Shown one piece after another: positions 32,010 through 46,199 of a DNA stretch of 64,000 nt. How positions within the stretch are numbered: the first letter of the stretch is position 1; each line of letters begins with the position of its first letter. The notes under the pieces are model-generated. The model was not told the origin of the DNA and did no database searches. It was given only the letters and a program-made list of their open reading frames with translations. A program made the translations under genes and the position numbers. This DNA comes from the human T2T-CHM13v2.0 reference genome, Homo sapiens, in assembly GCF_009914755.1 (NCBI RefSeq), contig NC_060929.1; one strand, written 5' to 3'.

Positions 32010-33381
32010 GTTATAACTCAATTAGGATATCAGTCCTCAGACTACTGGAGCTACTTTGATAGGACATGAAAGCCAGCACAGAACATGGGTGTTTATATCT
32101 TTCCAGAGTGGTCCTGAGACAATGAGTGGCTGGTGCAAGAGTATGAAAGCCCAACTCCCTCGCTCCATCTTAGGACAATTTCTGAGCTCCTGATTTTCTG
32201 TGTTCCTGATTTTCCCTGTGGGGTCAACTGATATTATTCTGCACAGAGGATTCAGTACAAAAAAACGTGTGGCTACCTTCTTCAAAAAGCAGGAACAAAG
32301 TGCTATTAGAGGTACTAAAATATAGAATATTTTCTTCTATGATCTGTCTTGTCATGACGTTTTTATTTGCTTTTATGTCATTCTAAGTTTTTTTAAAAAA
32401 GCTTAAAATTTTAAATCGTAAGCCTATATTTCCCCATTCATCTTTAGATTGTGCAATGCCTGTTTTAATACCAATATAAAAGCAATTAACTCATATGCAA
32501 AATCTCTAATTACACAATTTGTATTTTGTAGCTTGTACATGCACATGTATTTCATTGTTACCAAAACAATGCATACACTACACAAAAGTAACGGAAGTGT
32601 TTTTCTTTCATTTATTGATAGGCTCACATTCTATCAACACTCACTTTGGCTTACTGAGAAGGAAGGAGTAAAAGAAAAATGAACTGTGGTTTGCTTTATT
32701 TCCCACTTTCCTTCTGTGTCATCGTTTTTCGCATAAGTAGTCACTAACACAGGGAGGTAACTCTAGTAAGAATAAACCTGATGTTTCTTTGGTTGTGTGT
32801 GTATCTGAGAATGCCATTGACTTCTTTCTGCATTCTCAGCAAGTGCTGTTTTAAAGGGAAAGCACAGCTTCTAGGAGCTGTTGGCACCCTGATGTATTCA
32901 GTCATAGACTCAATCCACTTTTGTGCTTGCTTTGAGTCTTGCTGAACTCCCACTACTGCTGAGTCACCAAAATTCCATGCTTATGGGCCATTGCAAATGC
33001 TACATATGAATGGGAAGGCAAGAAATGGGAAACACATAAATTGCACTTCTCTCCTCTGCTCAATTGCATGCTCCATTTTCCCATCAAACTTCAACCACAA
33101 ATACAAATTCAAAGATAAAGTTTAAGAATTTCAAGACATAACAGCAGAACATTAAGCCAAGCAAGCTCCCCTCTGAGTGAAGGTCCCTGTGCAATTGCAG
33201 AGGTTGCACATCCAAGTCATCTTTATCTTCACTGGATTTTGCTGAAATCGGGCCCTTTTATTATTTCTCCCTTTCCTACTACCTCTAGCTCCTTATTGGT
33301 TTCTCCTGGCAGTATCTCCTTAATAAATCACTTGTGAATGAGTCTTTTTGTCAAAGTCTGCTTACCAATTTAACCTAAAAC
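32010..33381 (+). mobile_element. ERVL-class 5' LTR (LTR16-like), apparently split by a ~1-kb old DNA-transposon-like insert (about 32240-33215)
   Basis: 'caatgagtggctggtgcaagagtatgaaagcccaactccctcgc' and 3' end 'ccttaataaatcacttg..gtctgctt..aacctaaaac', directly followed by ERVL internal sequence. Confidence 0.55.
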
Positions 33382-33768
33382 GGTTTTTACTGAAAGTGTT
33401 CCTGAGAAGCAAATTTAATATGGGATTCAGGAGCTGGATCACATACTTAGCAAATAATAAAACACTGTACTCCCTTTCCACCATACTGGTGATGAGTTTG
33501 ATAGCTTCTGGAATTCTGTGGCACTGAAATTGCTAGAATATTCGCCTATTTAATTGGGACAAATACAAAGAGATGCCCTGGCTTGGGCAGTATCTGTCTT
33601 GATTTATGACTATCGTGAAAATGTGGAATTGATTGCTTTTAACTAGGTTATACTAAAGTTTTAAAAAAGAGAAAATGGCAGACTCAACTGATTTACTTAC
33701 CAGCTTAATGATACGAAAATCAGAAATTTCCCCATAGTGAAATTTAAAGGGACCCTCATGTCCTAGAG

Positions 33769-34416
33769 CAGGAGTCAACAAACTCCAGACCTTGGGCCAA
33801 ATCTGATCCCTTATTGTTTTTTATAAATGTTAAGTGAAATAAGTCAACCACAGGAAGAAAAATACCGCATGATCTCAGTTATATGTGAAATCTAAGGGGA
33901 AAAAAAGGTAAAATATGCAGACAGAAAATAAAACAGTGGTTACCAGGGATGGGGGGGGGATGAAGGGAGAAATGGGGAGATGTAGGTCAAAGGATGCAAA
34001 GTAGCAGATGTGTAGGATGAACAAGTCTAGAAATCTGATATATAACATGAGGACTATACTTAATACAATTGTATTGCATTAGGGATTTTTGTTAAATAAA
34101 TAGTTTTAGCTGCTTTTGTCACAATAATACAATGTGAGATCACAGACATTTTTAATCTGTTAATCTTCACTATAGTAACCATATTACCGTTTATATGTAT
34201 CCCATCACATCATGTCGTAAATCTCAAATATACACAACACAATTTATTAAATAAATTATGCATTATTATTATTAGCACACAACCATGCTTATTCATTCCC
34301 TGTGGCTGCATTCATACTACAAGAGCAGTTTAATAGTCGCAACAGAGACTGTATGGCCTGCAAAGCCTAAAATATTTATTGTCTGGCCATCTATAGAAGA
34401 AATTTGCAAATCCCTG
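33769..34416 (+). mobile_element. MER58-type hAT-Charlie MITE split by an L1MA insertion
   Basis: Termini caggagtcaacaaact.. and ..aatttgcaaatccctg. 8-bp TSD: tcctagag 33761-33768 and tcctggag 34417-34424. Confidence 0.85.
33828..34255 (+). mobile_element. L1MA 3' end inserted in MER58
   Basis: tgttaagtgaaataagtca..ccgcatgatctca..tggttaccagg..catgaggactata..A-rich end. Confidence 0.85.
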
Positions 34417-34463
34417 TCCTGGAGTCTGAGAACCAGCCTGAGCAGAAGAAAAGGCACAGGACT

Positions 34464-34826
34464 TGTACTAGTGTGTTCTCACACTGCTAATAAAGACATA
34501 CCTGAGACTGGGTAATTTATAAAGGAAAGAGGTTTAATTGACTCACAGTTCCACATGGCTGGGGAGGCTTCACAAACATTGCAGAAGGCGAAGGGGGAGC
34601 AAAGTCATATTGTACATGGTGGCAAGCAAGAGAGCATGTGAAGAGGAACTCCCATTTATAAAACTATCAGATCTTGTGAGACTTACTCACTACCACGAGA
34701 ATAGTATGGGGGAAACCACCCCCATGAGTCAAGATTAAATTATCTCCACCTGGCCCTGCTCTTGACATGTGGGGATTGTTACAATTCAATGTGAGATTTG
34801 AGTGGGGACACAGCCAAACCATATCA
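34464..34826 (-). mobile_element. THE1 (MaLR) solo LTR
   Basis: tg..ctgctaataaagacatacctgagactgggtaatttataaagg..cagccaaaccatatca. Perfect 5-bp TSD GGACT at 34459-34463 and 34827-34831. Confidence 0.95.
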
Positions 34827-35144
34827 GGACTTGATTGTAAAAGTAGGAGAATTTCACTGAAGGCTGAATGCATTGCCTTCACCAAAATTATGGCTCTGAT
34901 AGAGAAAGACTGAAACTTGGAATAGAAACATCTGGGTAAAATGCATTTAAGTTCATTCAGCTGCCAGATTTTCTTATTGGCTTATTATTGAACCATATTG
35001 GCTTGCAGAAGTGGCCAACTGCTTCTTGCTGGAAGGAAGAAGCAAACCCACCTGTCAGAGACAATGCAGAGGCACCAACAAGGCTAGTGCCAGTAGGACA
35101 ATGCTTTTCCTCAAAATCGATCCACATCGCCCCTGATGGCCCCT

Positions 35145-35601
35145 TGTATTAGTTTCCTATGGTTGTCATAATAAAGTATCATAAACTAGGGGGCTTATAT
35201 CAACAGACATTTATTCTCTTACAGTTCTGGATGCTAGAAATCCAAAATCACTGTATCTATTGGCAGGACCGTCTTCCTTCCAAAGACCCAAAGGAAGAAT
35301 TCTTCCTTGCCTATTCTAGCTTCTGATTGTTACTGGCAATCCTTAGTGTTCCTTGGCTTGTAGATGCATCGCTCTAATTTCTGCCTCTGACTTCACATGG
35401 CCTTCTCTCCTCTGTGTATATGTGTCTGTCTAAATTTCCCTCTTCTTATAAGGACATCAGTCATTGAATTAGTAAATACCCTAAGCCAGTAATCTTATTT
35501 CAACTTGATTATATCTGCAAAGATCATGTTTTCAAATAAGGTCACATTCACAGGTTCTGGATGGGCATAAAGTTTGGGGGGGATATTATTCAACCCAGAC
35601 A
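35145..35601 (-). mobile_element. MLT1 (MaLR) solo LTR
   Basis: tgtattagtttcctatggttg..acagttctggatgctagaaatccaaaatca..ataaggtcacattcacaggttc..attcaaccc. Confidence 0.9.
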
Positions 35602-35813
35602 CTCTGACATCAATAATTAGGCATCAATCATTAAGCATGGCCCAAACAGAGAAATACTGATGCTGACCCTGCTGTGAAATAGAAGGTTTATACTTAGAGG
35701 GAGCTACAAATCTGGTAAATATATACTGGCATCAACTGAGACAGAATGCTTGGGAGTGGATCTTGAGGGTGTAAACTGTGGCAGAGTGGGGAGAGTTCTA
35801 ACTCTCCCCACTA

Positions 35814-36321
<508 letters not shown>

Positions 36322-36885
36322 CTACATGTTAAATGATACAGAAATAGCAGAACTGCCTGTGCAGAATTGAGGGAGAGATCAAGTTCAGAAAATGAGCATG
36401 CTGGAATGGATTTACTGTATAAGGCCCAAGAATCCACCAGACGACCACATTCCTTAGATGGCAGAGTACACCGTTTACACAAGGCAAAAATGAACGTGAT
36501 AATGCGGGAGTCATCAACATTATTCAGAAGATCAGTTGTATAGGCCAGGACTGATTATTAAAGATGCTGTTATATAGAACTAAGTTCCCTAGTATCAATG
36601 AGTATGACAGGATTCAGAATAGCAAGGCCAGATAACAGCGTTTATCCACTAGAGAGAGGTAAATTGAATCTACCACAATAGCCAGAAGATCAAACGGCAA
36701 CCAGGGGCATTGACCTGCCAACACGTATGGTAATGTCTATGGACCATGCTGTTACTAGTGGCAAGACAAGTGAGTAGCCAGCTTGAGATACGTGATATAA
36801 TAAAAAGGGGTCCAGAGTGGATGATATCAGCTGCCTCAATGGAAATTTATAATCAATTGTCTAGTTTCCAGACATGATCCAATTC

Positions 36886-37017
36886 TTTTTTTTTTTTAAT
36901 TGAGACAGGATCTCGCTATATCGCCCAGGCTGGTCTGAAACTCCTGAGCTCAAGCCGTCTGCCCCTCTTGGCCTCCTAAAGTGCTGGGATTACAGGAAAG
37001 AGCCACTGTACTTGGCC
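36886..37017 (-). mobile_element. Alu monomer (FLAM-like)
   Basis: Single-arm Alu with TSD-like flanks gacatgatccaattc and gacatgagccagttc. Confidence 0.85.
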
Positions 37018-37109
37018 TTTGACATGAGCCAGTTCACACCCAGACATAGCAATTGAACATGTGTCTCCTTGTAGAATGACCCTGAAACTACACAGCAAGG
37101 AGATATAGC

Positions 37110-37392
37110 TGTTTTGATTGTTTTTGAGACAGGGTCTCATTCTGTCATCCAGGCTGTAGTGCAGTGGTGCAATCACGGCTCATTGCAGCCTTGAACTCCT
37201 GGGCTCAGGCGATTCTCCCACCCCAGCCTTCCTAGTAGCTGGAACCAAAGATATACACCACCAAGATCAGCTAATTTATTTATTTATTGGAGATATGGGT
37301 TTTCCTTATGTTGCACAGGCTGATCTCAAACTCCTGATCTCAAGCAAGCAATCCTCCCTCTTCAGCCTCCCAAAGTGCTGGGGTTGCAGGTA
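37110..37392 (-). mobile_element. AluJ-type SINE
   Basis: ttttgagacagggtctcattctgtcatccaggctg..gcagccttgaactcctgggctcaggcgatt..cccaaagtgctggg. Confidence 0.9.
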
Positions 37393-39399
37393 TATGTAGT
37401 TTGAATTAACTCTTTCCTTTCCTAAAAGGATCTATGGCCATTTGCTTGTGTAATAATACACTAGAGAAAGAAAAATACCCAATTCTTTAAGGATTGGATA
37501 CAGAGTCCAACTGATGCTGATATCCAGAAACCCAAAGCACGACCATAGCCCATTATTATAGTAAGGGTAGAGGGAAGACCTGTGACAAATGAAGTCCTCC
37601 CCTAGGGTTATCTCACTGTGGATACAGTATATCCATGGACCTACCAGTTGCTATCATCTCAGTTCCTAAATGCATAATTGGAATGCATATACTTAGCAGG
37701 CACCAGGACCCTCACATTGATTCCTTGACATATGGAGTAAAAATCTCCACAGAAAACTCAAGAGGAAGCCCCTGAAACTTCCCATTCATCAAAGTTCTTC
37801 AAACTAATGAGTTCCACATCCTGTTTGGAATGGCAGAGGTTAGTTTTACCCCTAAAGAATTAAATGAGGCAGGGGTGTTGGTTCCCACTCTATCACCATT
37901 TAATTCACCAATGTAGACTCTGCAAAAAACAAAAAAATATTAGTGAAGTATGGTGGACTTGTCCAAGCAGTATCCACAATCACAGCTCTTATCCTGGGTG
38001 TGGTGTCTTTACTAAAACAGACTAACTAAGTCTCTAGTTCATGGTATGTGAATTTTGATTTGGGTGCATATGTAATTTTCAGTATTCTTCATGAAAGCAT
38101 CTGAGGTAGTTTACATCCATCTAGGATGGGCAACAGTATATATTCAGTCTTGCTCCAGAGATATGCTGACTTGCCTGCTGTCATGATAAATCTAAAGACA
38201 ACTGGCTTATTTGAACATTCCACCATATTGGAATGATGACACTAAGTTAATAGACCTAATAAGTGAAAAAGTACTCTGGATAGTCAGCTAAGAGGGTAAA
38301 AGGTAACCAGTGACTGGAATATTGGTGAAGTTTTAAGAGTCCAGTGGTTTAAGAAAAGCCAACATCTCTTGCAAGGTAAAGAGTTACTGCACCTTGCACT
38401 TCCATTCCTAAATGAATAAAATGAACGAATAAAGCAGAATTTGCTAGACCTCTTTTGGTTTTAAAGGCAGTATGTACTACACTTGGGAGTTTGGTTCTGA
38501 CTCGTATATGGTTCTTACCTAAAACGTTCCCAGTTTTCAGTGGACCCCAGCATAAGGCAAAGAAAAGTACTCCATAGCTGAGTCCAACTACTCTCGTCAG
38601 AATTCTGAGAGACTTCCTAGTGATAACAGAGCAATACATATATTATATGCTTTTTCTTTTCCCAAAAAGTAGAAAACAAACCCTCTATTGTTTTCTATTC
38701 AAAACCCTCAAATATTCCATTAACAGCAAGTGCATAATCCATAGTGATCAATGGACTTATCTCCACCCTGGCTTCATCACATTACAGGCTTCTGATAGCA
38801 AGTAATTTTAGAAGGGACCAAGGTCAGCAATGAAAATGAAGAGTTGCTTACATGACTGACTTTGTTATATAAAAGAGAATTTTTTAAAAATGAGAAAAAG
38901 AGAAAAATGTCTTCATTACAAATGCAAATATAAAGGGGTCAAGTTACTTTCTACCTTTTTTCCTCATTGTTTATGACTCTGATCCCATCTGTTAATGTAA
39001 AAGAGTAGCATATTCTTCAAAGATTTTTCAAGGTATTTAAATTCTAAAAAATGTTTAGTGTTTAAAATAAAGTGCTTTCAAGTAAATAATATAATAAAAT
39101 GTGATCTATATATTACATAAATCAAAACATGGCTTAATAAAAAAATCCACATTCATATAGTTAATTTCCCATTGGCAAAGCATTTTCACATATATCATCA
39201 ATGATTGTCTAATATATCTATAAAGGAGAAATGAGTGAATATTGTTATTCCTTTGGAGACTGAAACCACCAAGTACAGAGATTTTCTGCAAAGCCTCAAG
39301 TAATTTAAATTAAAGTGAAGATGTCTCCCGATATACTTTATGAAAATGTATTAGGCTAAACTGGTATACTGTATGAAATAAGAATTTCTATTCCAATAT

Positions 39400-39850
39400 A
39401 TTTGGACATTTTAAAGCATTTATATGTGTTTATTTTTTAATATGTGTCAAGCTGTAGGCTGAGGCCTGGGGATTTAAAAATGAATAAATAGTAGGCTCTG
39501 CCCTTAAGGACATATACATACACACATGAATATACAAGGAATTATAACATAATACAATATGCTCTTGATATAAGCAAAATACTTAACCAAATACAAAGTA
39601 ATGATTAATTCTGAATGATGCTATATAAGACTTTACAGAAAAGGTAATATATTTGATGAAACAGTGAAAGGAGGTTGGAAAGATGAGTTCTAGCTGCGAG
39701 GAAAAGAAAGTGAAGAAGCAGAGAGAAATCCAGAGAAGCCTGAAAGCTTAGGGTGTTTTAGAGGAAGCGAAGACATTACAACTAAGAAAGAAATGAGTTG
39801 TGAAGAGTGGTGGGCAATGATCTCGGTTTGTATTTTTTTAGAACATTAAT
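39400..39850 (-). mobile_element. L2 fragment
   Basis: 'tatgtgtcaagc..ggggatttaaaaatgaataaa..ctctgcccttaagga' resembles the L2 3' end. Confidence 0.55.
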
Positions 39851-40599
39851 TTTACTATAAATACTAGAAATCAAAATGCCCAGAAGATAAACATAAGACC
39901 TACCACATCCTTGCATTTTCAAAGTCTAGCAAATTATATGACAAGTTTTGTAATATGAAGAAGAAATATTTTTGACAAATTAACATAATATTTCAATGTG
40001 TATTGTGTTTAATGGCATTTCTGCATTACATTTCATGTATTACATTTGTTTTATATCTATGCATTTTATTACTTAGGGGATAAACATTTATATGAAGAGC
40101 ATCAATTTTCCTAAAACGCTAGTAGCAGCAGTCAACATTTAATACTACTCTAAACAATCATTTTCATAACCTCTCTTTAGGGTACTATATTTTAGGAAGA
40201 GAAAAATTTGGGGGAAAATAAAATTAAAGATGGGTGTGTTGAAGTGAAAACTAGTGAGAAATTACCTGGTGAATATCAATCACCTTCTAATAGCAAAGTT
40301 TAAGTGCAACTAGATCTTAAGCATCCCTTTTATTTACAGGGAAATAATATAATGTAATATAGCTTTTAAGAAGCTATATGAGAGCAGGGAGCTTACTAGT
40401 AAACTACAAGTTTGACACTCCCATATAATACAAGAATTTTCACCTCACTACCCATATATTATAGCAACAATATAATATCTGTAAACATCCTTTGTAAGCT
40501 GTAAAGGTCTTTTCATATTCAATAACAATAATACTTGCTTACTGAATAATTAAGATAATTAATTTTGAATAATTAAACAGGAATTATCCAATAAAAACT

Positions 40600-40760
40600 A
40601 CTAAAGGGCATTCCAAGTGCTTATCCTGTGTCAAGCACTGTGATAAATGCTCTGTATGCATTCTCTTATTTAATTCTTTCAACCACCCATGGGAGGTAAA
40701 TAGTTTTCTCAATTCACAACTAAGGCAACTAACCTAGAAAGATAATCTGAGCTGACCAAG
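40600..40760 (-). mobile_element. MIR fragment
   Basis: 'tgtgtcaagcactgtgataaatgctctgtatgcattctcttatttaattctttcaaccacccatgggaggta'. Confidence 0.7.
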
Positions 40761-40869
40761 GAGATAAGGGAAAGTAATATAGACACAGTAATATACAGAT
40801 AACATAAAGAAGACCTAAACAGAAGCAGTGCTAATATCAAAGACAGATAATAACCATAAGAATCAAACA

Positions 40870-41545
40870 ACCATAACAAAAACAAATAGCTCAATATATG
40901 AATGGACAAAGATTTGAATATACACTTCACCAAGAATATGTGGTTGACAGAAGGCAGGTGCAAACATACTTCAATGCAAATTAAAAACACATTGAAACAC
41001 CAGCACACAGTCATTAGAAATTTTTAAATTTTAATTAAAATTAAATGACTGACAATACCATGTGTAAGCATAAAATGTGAAGGAACTTGAACTCTTAACA
41101 CTCTGCTGATGGGAATGTAAAATGCCATAATCACCTTGGAAAACAGTTTGGAAATTTCTTTAAAAAGTAAACATATACCTATCATGTAATCCGGCTTTTC
41201 CTACAAGGTATTTTATCAAGAGAAATGAGAGCATCTGACCACAGAAAGACTTGTACAGGAATGTCTATAACGACTTCATTTTAATAGCCAAAAACTATAA
41301 CAACAAAAATGTCCATCATCAGATGAAAGGATAAACGAATTGTGGTATATCCATACAATGGAATACTACTCAGCAATAAAAGGAACTACTGAAACAAGAT
41401 ACAGTGTGGATGGAACCTAAAATAATTACACTGACTAAAAGAAAGCAAGTAAAAAGGAGCACATACTGTTGACTCTATTCACATGAACTATCCGCAACTG
41501 CAGTTTATTGTATGTCAATTATATATCTCTATATAAAGCTGTTTT
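40870..41545 (+). mobile_element. L1ME-type 3' fragment
   Basis: 'ctgatgggaatgtaaaatg..ttggaaaacagtttgg..tgtggtatatccatacaatggaatactactcagcaataaaa'. Confidence 0.8.
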
Positions 41546-41830
41546 ATATGTCTGTATTCGCTTTTGTGGGTCTGTAATACACGTTTTTCATTTTTTTAAA
41601 CCTCTGAGCATTACCATCAACATTTTAACAATAGTAATCTCGGCAGAAGACGAATTAGGGTTGTTTTGAACTTTCTTCTGCGTGCTTACCCTTTTTTCTT
41701 CAGTACCCTGCAACAATTACATAAATACTATTTTAACACTAAATGCTATTTAAAGTTTAATTTTTAAAGAGCTATTTTAAGAGGATATAATCTCTGCACT
41801 AAGAAAAGATGGGAAAGTAACATATTTTGA

Positions 41831-42183
<353 letters not shown>

Positions 42184-42529
42184 TACAGTATCTCATTTCT
42201 TTACAATGAAGATACATTTTATGTTTAAAAATAAACTATGCATGTATTTTAAAAGAAACAGAGTCTTAAAAATTTTCCCACTATGCTGGCAATTGTTTCC
42301 ACACTTACATGTTAAATAACCAGTTAATTTATGTACACTTGCTTTGGATGTGGACCTTTATTCTCACAGGTAAATTGGTGACTTTTGGTTCACCCTTTTC
42401 ACTGTGTTGCCAGTCCAACTCTTGGTCCTTATGAAAAGGTCAGAGAAGAAGGGGGAGTACAGCTTGGTCCCTTCTTTGGGAAGTCCCAGGGCCTACTCTC
42501 CTGACAGCCTTTTTAACGCAGGTGAAATC

Positions 42530-43559
<1,030 letters not shown>

Positions 43560-43676
43560 GCCACGAGCTGCCTTCCTCCCAGGCTAGTGGATCCAAAGAC
43601 CAAAGTCAGCTGTCTCCTGCTTTCTTGCCCTTAAAATCACCTCCATCTTTATATTCTTCTGTTATACTATTCCTCC

Positions 43677-43682
43677 AATAAA
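43677..43682 (+). terminator. FTMT polyadenylation signal AATAAA
   Basis: About 118 nt after the stop codon, followed by A7 at 43694-43700 and a T-rich stretch. Confidence 0.85.
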
Positions 43683-44714
43683 GTGATTTGTAGAAAAAAA
43701 TGTTTTGCCCATGTTTAACAAGGGCTTTTTACTAACCATCAAGGCAGTTATTTTCCCAGGCTCGAAGATAGCACAGGTAACTATGGTATAGAAAAAGACT
43801 CCAAAAAGCTACTGAAAGAGGGTGCAAACTAACGTTCTCCAGTTGCCAAGTATTATCAGAATATGAACCTACACTTAAATTCTGTGATTTTTAATTCAAC
43901 AAGTGCCTGCCATATTCAATACCTTATGCAAAACGCTAAAGTGGGAAAATGGATAAAAATATACAAATAACTATAAGTGAAGAATATTTAGTACTGTGAA
44001 AATTATACATGCAAAAATGCTATGACAGCTTTTGCCTTTTCCCAGTGTGTCCCAAGAAGCAGTACTGTCTGGAGATCGTTTTTTAAAAGAATTCGTAGTC
44101 AAATTTGGGATAAGCTACATGAATTATCAGTGTTAGTCTTGGAAAATCACAGCATATATTAACATTTTAAGGGCTCTGGGAAGTTTTGCAGTTAATAAAT
44201 ATAAAAGCTTTAATTATTTTTGTTTAGCTCAGTGTTTTCCAAACATATGCAATCTCAGTGTTTTGTTGTTTTAATGTTGGTAATATAACAAACCAGACCT
44301 GATTCCACACTCTATATACTTCACCATTGAGTCTCTCTTTTAACCTGCCAAGAAGAGTGAAAACACTGCATAAAACACCTTTCTGTGGTCTTTAAAATGG
44401 ACAGAAAAGAACATGGGGGTTTAAAAAGTCAAGAAGGGATCCAGAATAGAGGAGGCATCTAGTCAGGTAGATGTTTTCTTTAGGCATGGAAGTGAGGAGT
44501 GGGAGAGTCCAGCATTGGAATAGACTAGAACACTGAGTGGTGATTGGAAAGATGAGCTGCGGCAGAGTACAGAGGTGAGAAGGGTTTGGGCTTAATTCAG
44601 GGGACAAAAGCAAGGTCTTCAAAGGCTCTTAACAGAAGAAAACAGTGCTCAAAATGGAGCAATCTGAAGCTTAGTCTGGTTATACAGAATAAGAATCTGA
44701 AAACAACCTAAATA

Positions 44715-45140
44715 TCTCTGTTAGTTTGGGTTTTCTGAAACACTGATGCCAAAATGGGATTAAGTGTACAAGAAATTAGGGGAAACAGACCTCTGAGAGA
44801 AAATGGAAAAGCAGCAAGTGGGAGAAGCAGGGAGAGCCTTCAGACTTCATGCAAATGTAATCCCCCGGGGGGATGAAGAAGGGAAGTTGTGCATATTTCT
44901 TTGGAAAGGTCTGCAAGGCTGTCAGGGAGGCCTCAAGCCAAAGTCACTAGTCAGGAATCCCAAGTCTCCCAGAAATGAGCCTAAGTACCTTTCCTGTATT
45001 TAGGTATTGACTGGGAAGTATGGACTTGCAGCAAACCAAGTAATGAATCAATTTCAGAGCACGGCAGCTGAGGCTCTTGGCAAATTGTGCTCCCTGCAGT
45101 CCAAGACCTGAGAGCTACATGCATATTACGGCACAAGCGC
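44715..45140 (-). mobile_element. Ancient ERVL-class LTR within an L1M fragment
   Basis: 'tgttagtttgggttttctgaaac..gatgccaaaatgggattaagtgtacaagaaatt..ggagagccttcagac'. Flanked by L1M-like 'aaacaacctaaatatc' and 'gaatactctgcagctatt'. Confidence 0.55.
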
Positions 45141-45869
45141 AACAAAATGGCTTAGATTAAAACACCAAACACTCAGTGTTTTAGATTAATACACAGAATA
45201 CTCTGCAGCTATTGTTAAATATGGTTTTGTACAAACACCTTATGATGTGGATAGAAATTCTCAATGTTTTATGTTAAACATGAGGAATATTACAAGATGG
45301 GGTTATATAATTCTATATGTACAATTATAAGACATATTATATACGTATATAAAATGACAAAGTATATATACCAACAAGCAAAGCCAGAAAATTCTTTTAA
45401 ATAGTGAGATTGTGGTTGATATTTATTTTCTTTAATTACATGTCTCTTAAAAATACATTTGTTATAATGGACAGCCATTATTATAATAAGACAAGAAAAG
45501 CAAAACGTAAGATGGAGGGAAAAGCAATAAAGGCCAGAATTATGGTAAAACCAATGGAAATACAAACAGAGATTCTGGTAAGAGTTTAGAGGCAGAATCA
45601 TTTCAATTTTGTGATCAATTTAATGACTGGAGCTAAAGAAATGAGGTGTGGGAGAAAACGTGATGGGTCTAAAATTTGAGTTACTAGAGAATAGGATATT
45701 TGAGAATAGAGATCTCAGCAGGAGGGATAATTGGAGGTGGGGGAATGCATAATGATTTTTGTTGATTTTGTTGATCATTCTCACTTTACATTCTATTCTT
45801 AAGTGGGCCTATTTTGCTGCTCAGGAATCCTGTTATATTTCTATACAAAATCTCTTCAATTTTTCTAGA

Positions 45870-46140
45870 TGAATGGTTTTCAAACTGTACCTTGCAGCCC
45901 ATTAGTGTGTCACGAAATATTTACTGAGTCACTACACACGTTTTGTGAATAAAATAGAGTAGAATTGAAGCGACAGTAGGTGAAGTAAGGGTATTATTTC
46001 CTGAAGCTCTTGTTTCAGGTGTGTGAGTGTGTGAGCGAGAGAGAGAGAGAGTGTGTGTGTGTGTGTGTGTTGTGAATTTACATCCTGGATAGTGATATTT
46101 CTTATTCTGTGTTTCTGTCAAAAACTTTCAATAGCTGCTC
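45870..46140 (+). mobile_element. hAT/Charlie-type MITE with an internal (GA)n(GT)n microsatellite
   Basis: 'ggttttcaaactg..cccattagtgtgtcacgaaat'; microsatellite at about 46019-46070. Confidence 0.55.
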
Positions 46141-46199
46141 TCCTAGATAATTATTTTACAGATTCTCTTTTCTCCTCAAATCTCCAAATCTCCTCTCCC

